Positions 55,208-64,000 of a DNA stretch of 64,000 bases are shown in pieces. The notes under the pieces were generated by a model, which saw only the letters and a list, made by a program, of their open reading frames with translations, was not told where the DNA came from and did not search any database. Where the stretch lies: assembly GCA_016861205.1 (NCBI GenBank), contig BOKX01000001.1, positions 603,434-667,433 on the forward strand, read 5' to 3'. The stretch comes from Patescibacteria group bacterium (GTDB lineage: Bacteria > Patescibacteriota > Microgenomatia > UBA1400 > PJMF01). The translations under genes and the position numbers were made by a program. Every line of letters begins with the position of its first letter. Position 1 is the first letter of the stretch.

Positions 55208-57040
55208 TCAAGCCCCAGTTCGGAGTTGTTTTTGAATCTGAGCTACCCTGGCGAGCACCTGGTCGTACTCGGCTTGGCGATCAGGATCAGCCACTAAATT
55301 GGTTTCTAGTTCTCGAAGTTTTTTGGTCAAAGCTTCCAACTCATCTTGAACAGCTTGAAGCTTTAACACTCCCACTCGGGCAGGCCACTCTTTGGCAACT
55401 TCAATTTGTTCAAGTAAAACAGTCAAGCGTGGGTTAAGGTAAATCTCAAACAAAGCTTCTTGGAGGTCACTCGCTAGACCTTTGATAAGGCTGGTAACTG
55501 GTTGACCAGCGGCTGCTTTCTGGGCAACAGTGATGAACTGGCGGGCAGCCGGTAAATGGAACCAGGTGGCTTCCAGCTGGCTAGCTCGATCTTTGAGCTG
55601 CTGCGGCGTGGAGCGTAACAATAAAAATAAAACATACTCTTCAAGATTAGAAATCGGTTCCTTGGTCTCGGGGGTGCCTTCTGGCTGATCCTGGCGCGCT
55701 GACTCGGCAGGCATCGACCCACTGGCCACGCCACTTTTTTGCAATGTCTGGCGAGCCGCTCTTTGGGCAACAACTTGCTTGATGTCAGTCATCACCGCCG
55801 CGGTCGTGGTCCCCAAGGCTTCAGCCAGTTTGCGAATGTAGACTTCTTGCTCCACCACTAACGGAATCTCGGCTAGAATGGGGGCCAGTTCTTGCAAAAT
55901 GTGCCGTTTACCCTCGGGTTTGTTGGCATCATGCTGCTGCAGAGCAGCATGGAGGAAAAAGTCGTACACTGAGGCTGAACTTTTGACGGCCTGACGCCAA
56001 CCAGCCGGATCGTTCTTGGCTAGCTCATCGGGGTCTTTACCACTCGGCAACCGAACAACGCGCAGTTCCAAGTTGGTACCTTTAACGACACTAATAGCCC
56101 GCTTCGTGGCCTCAACACCAGCTGAGTCCATGTCGAGCGATAACAACACTCGGTCAGCTACCCGACTGAGCAACTTGGCGTGATCGGCAGTGAGTGCCGA
56201 ACCTTTAATTGCGACCACATTGTTGACGTGGGCTTGCGTCGAAGAGATAACATCAAACTCACCTTCGACGACGACCACTTCTCGCTCAGTCCGAATCGCT
56301 TGGTACAGTTCAGACAGGCCAAACAACATTTGGCTTTTGTGATACAGCAAGGTCTCGGGGGTGTTAATGTACTTGGCTTCTTTAGCTTGAACCGACAACA
56401 ACCGACCTGAGAAACCCACCACTTGCCCTCGGTGATTAGCCAAGGGGAACATCAGCCGGTCACGGAAACGATCGTAGTTACGACCACCTCGACCGTTCAC
56501 CACTAAGCCAGCAGCTACAAGATCTGCCAAATCATACTTCTTTTTGCCGTGCAGATACTGAATTAAGCCGTCCCAACTCGGCAGCGCGTAACCGATGCGA
56601 AACAGCTTGATCGACTCCTTGGTAATGCCGCGGTCTTTCAGGTATGCCCGCGCCGGAGCACCGGCTTTGTGTTCAACCAGGAGATAGTGATAGTAGTCTT
56701 TGGCCAAATCGAGAACCCCCAGCAATCGTTGCCGTTCGGTTTCTGATGGATCAGGAGTAAAGTTGACCAGCTCAATGTGCGCCCGATCGGCCAGAAACTT
56801 GAGCGCTTCACCGAAGGTCATCCCTTCATACTTTTCCAGAAAATTGAAGACGTCACCGCTCTCGCCACAGCCAAAACATTTGTAACGCTGAAACTGCTCA
56901 TTCACAAAAAACGAGGGACTTTTCTCGCCATGAAATGGACATAATCCACGCCAATTGGTACCTGATCGCTGGAGCGAGAGTCGCTCACCAATCAGCTGCA
57001 CGATATCGGTAGCTTCTTTGACTTGTTGAATCTGAGACAT
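55208..57040 (-). CDS. dnaG: DNA primase
   Basis: CPFHGEKSPSF...CFGC zinc domain, DRFRDRLMFP, KYINTPET, EGEFD, DMDSAG, KDPDE. Confidence 0.98.
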   Translation of the reverse strand: MSQIQQVKEATDIVQLIGERLSLQRSGTNWRGLCPFHGEKSPSFFVNEQFQRYKCFGCGESGDVFNFLEKYEGMTFGEALKFLADRAHIELVNFTPDPSETERQRLLGVLDLAKDYYHYLLVEHKAGAPARAYLKDRGITKESIKLFRIGYALPSWDGLIQYLHGKKKYDLADLVAAGLVVNGRGGRNYDRFRDRLMFPLANHRGQVVGFSGRLLSVQAKEAKYINTPETLLYHKSQMLFGLSELYQAIRTEREVVVVEGEFDVISSTQAHVNNVVAIKGSALTADHAKLLSRVADRVLLSLDMDSAGVEATKRAISVVKGTNLELRVVRLPSGKDPDELAKNDPAGWRQAVKSSASVYDFFLHAALQQHDANKPEGKRHILQELAPILAEIPLVVEQEVYIRKLAEALGTTTAAVMTDIKQVVAQRAARQTLQKSGVASGSMPAESARQDQPEGTPETKEPISNLEEYVLFLLLRSTPQQLKDRASQLEATWFHLPAARQFITVAQKAAAGQPVTSLIKGLASDLQEALFEIYLNPRLTVLLEQIEVAKEWPARVGVLKLQAVQDELEALTKKLRELETNLVADPDRQAEYDQVLARVAQIQKQLRTGA

Positions 57041-57087
57041 GAGACGGATGACCTACGTTGTTCGTAGTATACGACACAAATCTGTGC

Positions 57088-57248
57088 GAACTCATTGCAA
57101 AAATCGCTTTCGCAACGAAACAGAAATAGTTTGTGCTAAAAAAGACTTTTCTTGATGAAGGACTAGCCGAGCTAATTCGAGACAAGAAAAGTCTTTTTTA
57201 GCCAAAGTAGTTCTTGTTGCAGTCGAAATGGATTTTTACAATGAGTTC
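57088..57248. repeat. 161-nt imperfect palindrome with a 20-bp perfect core
   Basis: GCTAAAAAAGACTTTTCTTG (57135-57154) / CAAGAAAAGTCTTTTTTAGC (57183-57202); outer GAACTCATTG/CAATGAGTTC. Confidence 0.85.
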
Positions 57249-57282
57249 TGTATAATGCAGCCAGATTGGATTTTCAATTGCT

Positions 57283-57663
57283 ATGTCAAACCAAACCCAC
57301 TCCAAACCCGCCAGTCACCCGACACCGAAAGTCAAAGCCCAGTACTACTCCACTCCTTTTGGCGAGTACTTCCGCGAACTCGACAAAATTGACAAAGGCC
57401 AACGAGCCACCAAAGAGTTCGGGTCGCTGATGATTCTCAGCCTAGTTGAAGAAGTTGGTGAGATGGCTCGAGCCTACTTGGCGGAACACGGTCGTAAACC
57501 TCGCAATCTGGCTGCTCAACGAGATGAAACCTACGAGCAAGAACTGGGCGACATCTTGGTAGCTATTTTGCGCTTTGCGCGCATCAAGAAAATCAATCTC
57601 GATGACCGCATTCGCTACTCACTCAACAAGATCTACGAGCGGCGCAACAAACCGAAAGAATAA
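57283..57663 (+). CDS. MazG-like nucleotide pyrophosphohydrolase
   Basis: LVEEVGEMAR...EQELGDIL. Confidence 0.88.
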   Translation: MSNQTHSKPASHPTPKVKAQYYSTPFGEYFRELDKIDKGQRATKEFGSLMILSLVEEVGEMARAYLAEHGRKPRNLAAQRDETYEQELGDILVAILRFARIKKINLDDRIRYSLNKIYERRNKPKE

Positions 57664-57690
57664 CCAGAGCCTTTTTGACTTTGAGAGCTT

Positions 57691-57990
57691 TTAATCCAGA
57701 TTTGATCTGACACCAACTAGCTCGATGTGAGAGTAGCGTTTTTTGACTTCTGCCCAAAACTTCTCAGCCACTTTGGATGAAAACTTGGCGTTCTGACCTT
57801 TTTCCATACCAGCGCAGAGACGTTGTTCCCAGTCGCGAATGATATCGACCAACACTTGACCTTCAGTGTGGAAGCGTTGGCTCCACTGCTTACGATCAGT
57901 TTTATAACCATCATGCACTTCTTGAAACGCATCAAACAACGTTTGGTGTTGAGACACCATGTCCTGAAAATACTGTTGATACTTTGTCAT
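57691..57990 (-). CDS. Hypothetical protein
   Basis: 99-aa helical ORF; extended -10 TGCTACCAT 9 nt upstream. Confidence 0.7.
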   Translation of the reverse strand: MTKYQQYFQDMVSQHQTLFDAFQEVHDGYKTDRKQWSQRFHTEGQVLVDIIRDWEQRLCAGMEKGQNAKFSSKVAEKFWAEVKKRYSHIELVGVRSNLD

Positions 57991-58073
57991 ATCGCAAGCA
58001 TGGTAGCACACCAAATGAAATGGGGGGAGATTGAGTTATGTCTGCGAGGTGGTTGACTTCCTTTTTATTCTCA

Positions 58074-58138
58074 TCTGTTTTTTGGTTGATGGTTTTGGAG
58101 GCCTTTCTAGCATCCAAGACTATCAACCAAAAAGCAGA
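58074..58138 (+). other. 26-bp RNA-type hairpin (three G-U pairs) upstream of zwf
   Basis: TCTGTTTTTTGGTTGATGGTTTTGGA / TCCAAGACTATCAACCAAAAAGCAGA. Confidence 0.7.
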
Positions 58139-58203
58139 GTTGCCAGTTTTTCATCAGCTAAATCAGTGTATGATGGACAGAATCATTTTTGGGTTGAACC
58201 TTT

Positions 58204-59700
58204 ATGTCGACTCCACCTCTGAAAAAACTCACCGAACCACTGACCTTATTTTTAATCGGTGTAACCGGTGATTTAGCCAAAAAGAAAATTCTCAAAGCTA
58301 TCTACAAACTGCACGAGAAGCAGTTGCTCGCTTCGCCGTTCACCTTGATCGGCAATGCCCGTAGTCCACTCAGCCGCGAAGAGTTCCAAGCGTATGTCAA
58401 AGAGATTGTTCGACCCAGTGACGATGGAACTTGGACTAGTTTTGCCAAGTCACTCCAATATGTCGCTGGTAATGCCGCAGATGAGGCCACTTTTGCAAAA
58501 ATCAAAGCTCTCCACCAAAAGCTCCAAAAACAACGTACTTGTGGCAACCACATGTGGTACATCGCCACGCTGCCACAACTTTATCTCCCGATCATTCAAA
58601 ACTTAAAACAGTGCCAGCTGCACAACTCCAGCTGCGGCTGGACGAAGCTGCTCATTGAGAAGCCGTTTGGTACTGACTTGGCTTCGGCTCAGAAACTGAA
58701 TCAAGAGCTGAGTGAGGCATTCAGCGAAGATCAGATTTATCGGATCGATCATTTCTTAGGCAAAGAAACAGTTCAGAATCTGGTTGCTTTCCGGTTTGCC
58801 AATGGCATGTTTGAGGAGTTATGGAGCAATAAGCACATTGACCATGTTCAAGTCACGCATTCCGAAAGCTTGGGTGTGGCCGGCCGCGAACAATTTTACG
58901 ATGCGACAGGCGCCACGCGTGACGTGGTCCAAAACCATTTGCTCCAGATGATCGCGGTGTGTTTGATGGAAGAACCGGCTAGTCTGAATCCTGATGACAT
59001 CAGAAAATCGCGTTCAGCTTTACTGAAATCATTAACCGGTTTATCTGGTAAAAATATGGCTGATCATGTTCGATTTGGTCAGTTCACGGCTGGCGTGATT
59101 GATGGCCAAAAAGTCCCAGGCTACTTGGAGCACGAGGGCATCCCAGCGGAGTCTAACACTGAAACCGCGGTGGCTCTCAAACTCGGCATCGACAGCCCAC
59201 GTTGGGCTGGTGTGCCTATTTATGTACGGACTGGCAAACGACTCGCGCGCGACGTGTTGGAACTTTCGGTCCAGTTTAAGGACAAACCCAACCGCATGTT
59301 TAGCTCGATAAAGTATGGCCCTGATCCCAATATTTTAACTTTCCGCTTTCAACCGAACGAAGGTATCGTGTTGCGCCTGTTTGTCAAAAAACCTGGCCAC
59401 GGTATTGAGCTCGATATGGTACCGATGGAGTTTTGCTATCGCAATACCTACCAAATGGACTTTATCGAAGCCTATGAGCGCTTAATTCACGACGCTAGTA
59501 ACAGCGATGCCACACTGTTTCCTGGTCATGAAAGTATCGAATCCAGTTGGCGGATTATTGACGATGTGCTGGACTATCAACGTCGGGTCAAACCTGATCC
59601 CTACCCTGCCGGCAGCTGGGGACCAGAAAGTTTCACTAAGCTTATCGAGCAAGATGGTCGTGAGTGGATTGAGCCAAGTATTGATGTTTGCAGCGTGTGA
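58204..59700 (+). CDS. zwf: Glucose-6-phosphate 1-dehydrogenase
   Basis: GVTGDLA, EKPFG, RIDHFLGKE, RDVVQNHLLQ, RTGKRL, AYERL. Confidence 0.97.
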   Translation: MSTPPLKKLTEPLTLFLIGVTGDLAKKKILKAIYKLHEKQLLASPFTLIGNARSPLSREEFQAYVKEIVRPSDDGTWTSFAKSLQYVAGNAADEATFAKIKALHQKLQKQRTCGNHMWYIATLPQLYLPIIQNLKQCQLHNSSCGWTKLLIEKPFGTDLASAQKLNQELSEAFSEDQIYRIDHFLGKETVQNLVAFRFANGMFEELWSNKHIDHVQVTHSESLGVAGREQFYDATGATRDVVQNHLLQMIAVCLMEEPASLNPDDIRKSRSALLKSLTGLSGKNMADHVRFGQFTAGVIDGQKVPGYLEHEGIPAESNTETAVALKLGIDSPRWAGVPIYVRTGKRLARDVLELSVQFKDKPNRMFSSIKYGPDPNILTFRFQPNEGIVLRLFVKKPGHGIELDMVPMEFCYRNTYQMDFIEAYERLIHDASNSDATLFPGHESIESSWRIIDDVLDYQRRVKPDPYPAGSWGPESFTKLIEQDGREWIEPSIDVCSV

Positions 59701-59706
59701 TAACAG

Positions 59707-60006
59707 ATGACAAAAACCTATCGTTTCTCAGCTTCGCTTTGGCTGTATCCCGGTAAGGCAGCTTGGCACTTTGTGACGCTACCAGCTGACGTCGCCAACG
59801 ACATTACTTTTCACTTTAGTCATGTCAAACGCGGCTGGGGTTCCTTGCCAGTCAGCTTGACCGCGCGCAATGTAACTTGGCAAACCTCTATCTTCCCTGA
59901 TAAAAAATCCCAGTCATATCTTCTGCCTTTGAAGGCCAAAATCCGTCAACAACTGGATTGTCACGCTGGCGATGAAGTGCAGTTTGAACTTACCCTAACT
60001 ACCTAG
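59707..60006 (+). CDS. DUF1905-family protein
   Basis: WHFVTLP, RGWGSLPV, WQTSIFP, YLLPLKA. Confidence 0.88.
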   Translation: MTKTYRFSASLWLYPGKAAWHFVTLPADVANDITFHFSHVKRGWGSLPVSLTARNVTWQTSIFPDKKSQSYLLPLKAKIRQQLDCHAGDEVQFELTLTT

Positions 60007-60110
60007 ACCTTAGTCTGGCTCAATATTGAACTTCCCGCATAATCGGCGCATACTCGTGATGTCAGTCCCATCCACTGGCCTGGTATTTTTACTTTATCCA
60101 CAAGGACAAT

Positions 60111-60494
60111 ATGACAGGTTACTTGGACAACATCGAAAAACGCACGCTCGAAAACACCAACTTCCGCCGAGTGCTCTACACTGGCCAGCATGCTCAGCTG
60201 GTGGTAATGTCACTGCAACCGAGTGAAGATATTGGCCAAGAAGTTCACGAGATCGTCGACCAATTCATCCGGGTTGAAGCCGGCCAAGGTAAGCTACTCC
60301 TCAACGGCGAAGAACACCAAGTTGGCGATGGTGACGCATTTGTAGTCCCAGCTGGTGCTCAGCACAATGTCATTAACACTTCGTCAGACAAACCACTCAA
60401 GCTGTATACTATTTACTCGCCGCCTCATCACAAAGATGGTGTCATTCACGCCACCAAAGCTGACGCTGCTGCTGACAAAGAAGATCATTTATAA
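60111..60494 (+). CDS. Cupin-domain protein
   Basis: NFRRVLYTG, EDIGQEVH, DQFIRVE, HNVIN, LYTIYSPPHH. Confidence 0.92.
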   Translation: MTGYLDNIEKRTLENTNFRRVLYTGQHAQLVVMSLQPSEDIGQEVHEIVDQFIRVEAGQGKLLLNGEEHQVGDGDAFVVPAGAQHNVINTSSDKPLKLYTIYSPPHHKDGVIHATKADAAADKEDHL

Positions 60495-60522
60495 ACGCGA
60501 CGCTTTGCTAAAGTAGTCTTGA

Positions 60523-60945
60523 CTATTTGGGCTGATTTTTTGACACAAACTTTTGCAACAACTCGATACTAACCGAAAAATCTTGCAAATATTTTGATTC
60601 AAGCCCTGGATAGTTGGCAGTTATGTAATCTTGTATCGCTGTGACAACAGGAAGCAACTCTGTGGCCTTGTTTATGTTAGTCGAGATTTTGGCCTGTTTC
60701 TCGTCAATCTGGGCTTGAGTTAAACGATCCGCATAAGTTGTTAATGTTTCTCGGGTTGTGGTAACTGTAGAAATTGTATTGCGAACTTGTTGTGCTACAG
60801 TGGTCAACAAACTATCGAAGCTATTGCCCGTCTTATTCTCTCTGAGAATATCCGCGTGAGATGTTTGCAAAAAAGGCTCGAGCTTGTTCACTAAGTCAGT
60901 TGAAAGTTCAGTCATATAACTTCCTGTAGATACATACAGGTTCAT
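60523..60945 (-). CDS. AT-rich hypothetical helical protein
   Basis: 140-aa ORF; start uncertain. Confidence 0.55.
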   Translation of the reverse strand: MNLYVSTGSYMTELSTDLVNKLEPFLQTSHADILRENKTGNSFDSLLTTVAQQVRNTISTVTTTRETLTTYADRLTQAQIDEKQAKISTNINKATELLPVVTAIQDYITANYPGLESKYLQDFSVSIELLQKFVSKNQPK

Positions 60946-61186
60946 TGTATTGTTAAACCATCATGAATGAAATAGCGACACGCCTAATCTAGGTTACTTC
61001 GGTTTGGAACATTGCTGCTAGTGGTTTTCTTTCCAAGTTGCTACCCGCAGGGCATTGAGTATGACCAACACATCAATTCATTCTTGAATAACAGCTCCCA
61101 CCAAAGGTGGTAGCTGGCCGGCCAACGCAAATGACATACCCAATAAACTTAAAACCATTCCCACATACATGCTCTGCTTTGCAATC

Positions 61187-61462
61187 TGCGGAGCACTCGG
61201 GTCTGGAACCCGTGCGTCGTTATAACTGTAAATTACTTTTACTACTCAACTCATTCTCAATCAGATCTTTTGCGATTTTCATCGCATTAAGTCTATTCTT
61301 GAGAAGGGTGTGGTGTGAAGTCCCATTAGGAAATTTCTCCTGGGCTTTTTCACATTTATAAATAATCGAATTGATAGCTCGAAGAGCTTCTGTTAACTCA
61401 TCAGTTGTATAGTTCGCCATAATAGCCTTTTGTTGTTGCGGAGGTGGTGGGATTCGAACCCA
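61187..61462. mobile_element. Minimal one-gene insertion at the tRNA-Ser 3' end, bounded by a degenerate repeat
   Basis: TGCGGAG-N5-GGG-N4-GAACCC at 61187-61211 and at the tRNA-Ser 3' end (61437-61461). Confidence 0.6.
61220..61420 (-). CDS. Small hypothetical protein (66 aa)
   Basis: MANYTTDELTEALRAINSIIYKCEK...HTLLKNRL; SD AAAGG; starts 18 nt after tRNA-Ser. Confidence 0.75.
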   Translation of the reverse strand: MANYTTDELTEALRAINSIIYKCEKAQEKFPNGTSHHTLLKNRLNAMKIAKDLIENELSSKSNLQL

Positions 61463-61521
61463 CGGGCCCTTTCGGGTCACGCTTTCCAGGCGTGTGCCAT
61501 AAACCACTAGGCGACACCTCC
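61439..61521 (-). tRNA. tRNA-Ser(GGA)
   Basis: GGAGGTG/CACCTCC acceptor stem, anticodon loop CTGGAAA, variable arm CCCGAAAGGG, GGTTCGAATCCC; CCA not encoded. Confidence 0.97.
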
Positions 61522-61556
61522 CATGAAACAAGTTGTTTCAGGCCATATTGTACCAG

Positions 61557-61961
61557 CTAGAAGCCCAACCACCGACGAGCGATTAGCACTGTGAGTGCCG
61601 CTGCCACTCCAGTCACTACCATGCCCCACATCAGATCGATCACCGTAACTTGCCATGGCCAGCCTTTCAGCGTGGCTAAGTTCGTGAGGTCGTACGTAGC
61701 GTAAGCAACCAAACCAAACACGGCAGCCGGCAAGGCAACCTGCCACACACCTTTGCTTACATTTGGCATGATCACTAGCCAAGTTACACCGAGTACATAG
61801 ATCAGGTAAAACAGTCCCGCAGCTGACCAATTAACCGCTGGCGCCATTAACTTGCCAAGGTACGTTGCGTACAATTGCTTGGCCACCAGGCCAAGCCATA
61901 TCATATCGATACTCAGAAAAACCACTGCATTCACAGCAGCCAACTTGAAAAAATCCTGCAT
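61557..61961 (-). CDS. DUF2177-family membrane protein
   Basis: IDMIWLG, FYLIY, YATYDLTNLATLKGW, DLMWG. Confidence 0.92.
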   Translation of the reverse strand: MQDFFKLAAVNAVVFLSIDMIWLGLVAKQLYATYLGKLMAPAVNWSAAGLFYLIYVLGVTWLVIMPNVSKGVWQVALPAAVFGLVAYATYDLTNLATLKGWPWQVTVIDLMWGMVVTGVAAALTVLIARRWLGF

Positions 61962-62001
61962 ACCCACCCATTCTGGGAAAATCATGCTTGATTACCCGAG
62001 A

Positions 62002-62706
62002 CTATTTTATCTTTGTCTCACGCATCAAAGCAAGGTTAACAAGTGGATACCCAAATTTACCCAGCACCTGCATCAAGTCGTACCCATCGTTCAATTCTGA
62101 TGATGAGTAGCCATCCTTTGCTTTAAAATAATTTCCGTCAATCATTAACCTGCCGCCTGGCTCTGATTGTGCATTAGGCACATGCATTCCATGCAGAGAA
62201 GCTAGGTGCTTATCATCTGTGCCCTTATAGTAAACAAGCTTTTTACCAGTCGTCACTGTGGCAATTCTTTCCCGGAACTTGTTGCCCTCCTGATTTCCGT
62301 TTAACTGCGGCCGGAGTCTGCCGATGGTAGTCAGTAGCCAAGAGTTGAGGACGCCCAATAAGACTCGGTCATATTTTTCATTGTTCGCCACGCGCCATAA
62401 AGCATCTAAGTGCCGTGGTTGATAACGATGCAGTTTCTGCTCTGTTCGCAAAATACCTGCACCAAGCATTGCTATGGCTAGCGCCACTTCATCAGCTGCT
62501 TGGGGTTCTTTGACACCCACATAATAACCCTCGAACCCGGTAGCTGAGGGCGAGTCGATAAAAGGATTCACATGTCGGGTTGCCGTCCAGCGATGAAAAG
62601 CTTCTTCGTACCGACGTATCTTGTTTGCATCCTCAGTTGAAGGCACACCGAAGTAGTGGAGTGGAACTGGCTTCAAGGCCTCAATCAAGTTTAGCGCACC
62701 AACCAT
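62002..62706 (-). CDS. Hypothetical protein
   Basis: 234-aa ORF with SD-like AGGTAGAAAG upstream; no recognisable motif. Confidence 0.65.
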   Translation of the reverse strand: MVGALNLIEALKPVPLHYFGVPSTEDANKIRRYEEAFHRWTATRHVNPFIDSPSATGFEGYYVGVKEPQAADEVALAIAMLGAGILRTEQKLHRYQPRHLDALWRVANNEKYDRVLLGVLNSWLLTTIGRLRPQLNGNQEGNKFRERIATVTTGKKLVYYKGTDDKHLASLHGMHVPNAQSEPGGRLMIDGNYFKAKDGYSSSELNDGYDLMQVLGKFGYPLVNLALMRETKIK

Positions 62707-62788
62707 ACATTCTTTCTACCTGGACCTCCAGGCAAGACAGGTACGGCAGGAGTATACATCTCACTTACATACTCGGCTGTGATCGATA

Positions 62789-64000
62789 TTACAAATCTGG
62801 TGCAACTCCGAAACTTGGTCCAACTTGGCAACTCAGTTTGATAAACTTGCGATCGGTGTCATAGAGCTTGTCGGAATCATAGACTTGGAAAACTGGTTCT
62901 GATAATTGAAACCGATTAAAGTAGTGAAACGTTTTCAAAGGTGGGGTACTGAGGTTTTGAGCCTCGTCCGGTGTCAGCACTGTTAGGGTCTTTGACTCCA
63001 ACAATGGACAAACCGCTGCTAAGTCATAGCTTGGAATAAGTTTTGTTTTACCAAATTGACTGATGTAGTAAGGCGAACCACCCTCACGCTGCCCCGCCTG
63101 CACTTGCGTGGGATTCGCCGAACTATACCAGGCAAAAAACAGGAGCGCGTGGGGATCAACTTGGCGGGTAATGTAAACCTGATCATAGCCCTCTTGATGC
63201 TCGCCCACCCACTGACTCATGTCTCGGAACTGTCCCTGCCACGAGCTCTCCGATTGTTCTGGGTAGTACGAAACATAATCAACCAGCCAACCCATCGCCC
63301 AAATACCAATTAACAACCAAATGACACTTAGACTGATCTTGGGCGGGACCCACTTTTTGAGTTGATCTGCCGTCCACCAAATCCCCACCGCAATCAAATA
63401 GTTGAGGGCCGGCAACATAATTAACGCTCGACCTGCATGCGGTCCATCTGTGGTTAAGGCTCCCGGAATCGGGGCCAATAATGCCCACCACAGGAAAAAG
63501 TGGTGTGTCTTGTTCCGGCTGCTGGCAGCCACCACCAAACCAATCGCCAAAAAGGGCGCTAAAACTTCCAACAAATTGCCGCGTTCTGGGAAACCCAAAA
63601 TGGGACTGGCATTCACACCACCTTCTTTGAAGAACAAGAAATCTGGTCGCCAATAATAACCGTACTGCCTCGCCACCAAACCAGTAGTCACCACCAGTGG
63701 ATTGTGCAATAACCGTAGCCACGGCCGCTCCAAACCTGCCGCCAGCACCTGGGCGGTCACCACATCGTTGCTCACATCACTGCTGCCAAAAAATGAAACA
63801 GTTCTCGCTCGCACACCAGCCTGACCAAAAACCATCACCCCCCAAATGAGACCTGCCAGCACCACCCAAACACTCAGCGGCAAAAATCGCGCCTGCAGTT
63901 CACGATGCCAATGGGGTCGCCAATACACAACTGCGTACAACATCAGCAACAGCGGCACAAACAACCGCTCGGCATTGTAGGCATACATCGCCAACCCCAA
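62789..64000 (-). CDS. ArnT/PMT-like (GT-C) membrane glycosyltransferase, 3' part
   Basis: MYAYNAERLFVP, PDFLFF, WALLAPIPGALT...PHAGRALIMLP; runs off the window end. Confidence 0.8.
   Translation of the reverse strand: MGLAMYAYNAERLFVPLLLMLYAVVYWRPHWHRELQARFLPLSVWVVLAGLIWGVMVFGQAGVRARTVSFFGSSDVSNDVVTAQVLAAGLERPWLRLLHNPLVVTTGLVARQYGYYWRPDFLFFKEGGVNASPILGFPERGNLLEVLAPFLAIGLVVAASSRNKTHHFFLWWALLAPIPGALTTDGPHAGRALIMLPALNYLIAVGIWWTADQLKKWVPPKISLSVIWLLIGIWAMGWLVDYVSYYPEQSESSWQGQFRDMSQWVGEHQEGYDQVYITRQVDPHALLFFAWYSSANPTQVQAGQREGGSPYYISQFGKTKLIPSYDLAAVCPLLESKTLTVLTPDEAQNLSTPPLKTFHYFNRFQLSEPVFQVYDSDKLYDTDRKFIKLSCQVGPSFGVAPDL

Noticed and set aside
58031-58271. Short + strand ORFs upstream of zwf
   Set aside because: Overlap the hairpin and the zwf start in other frames; no recognisable motif.
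61421-61531. N-terminal extension of the 61220..61531 ORF
   Set aside because: Reads through tRNA-Ser; the real start is ATG 61420 with an SD.
1-64000. CRISPR array, rRNA, transposase, integrase or prophage genes
   Set aside because: No regularly spaced repeats and no such protein motifs seen by eye.

Overview
Bacterial chromosomal window in genetic code 11 with compact, overlapping genes. Gene content and style (short housekeeping genes, many small membrane proteins, LCP, DsbA, an ArnT-like transferase, topoisomerase IB) suggest a CPR/Patescibacteria, Microgenomates-like organism; this is inference. Housekeeping genes: alaS (partial), prmC, rpoD, dnaG, trxA/trxB, gdhA, zwf, a DEAD-box helicase, tRNA-Asn(GTT) and tRNA-Ser(GGA). 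There is a large stress/metal/redox block: two tandem OmpR-type two-component systems, DipZ with a Met-rich thioredoxin and an MsrQ-like protein, an ArsR-YHS/copA copper operon, and CsoR-family/trxA/trxB. Best leads: (1) integrase-free, single-gene AT-rich cassettes directly behind both tRNAs, each closed 33-38 bp past its stop codon by a degenerate copy of the tRNA 3' end; the tRNA-Asn array carries a wHTH-TIR gene and a HEPN-like/Cys-rich gene; (2) a divergent SelO-like kinase-fold protein next to an AT-hook protein; (3) a TTCAG-N6-TTCAG direct-repeat regulon that appears to include a ~55-nt sRNA; (4) a His-less CsoR/CstR-like regulator with a canonical operator above trxA-trxB-gdhA; (5) long intergenic hairpins; (6) pervasive leaderless-type promoters. 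All family calls come from motif recognition by eye; no database search was run.
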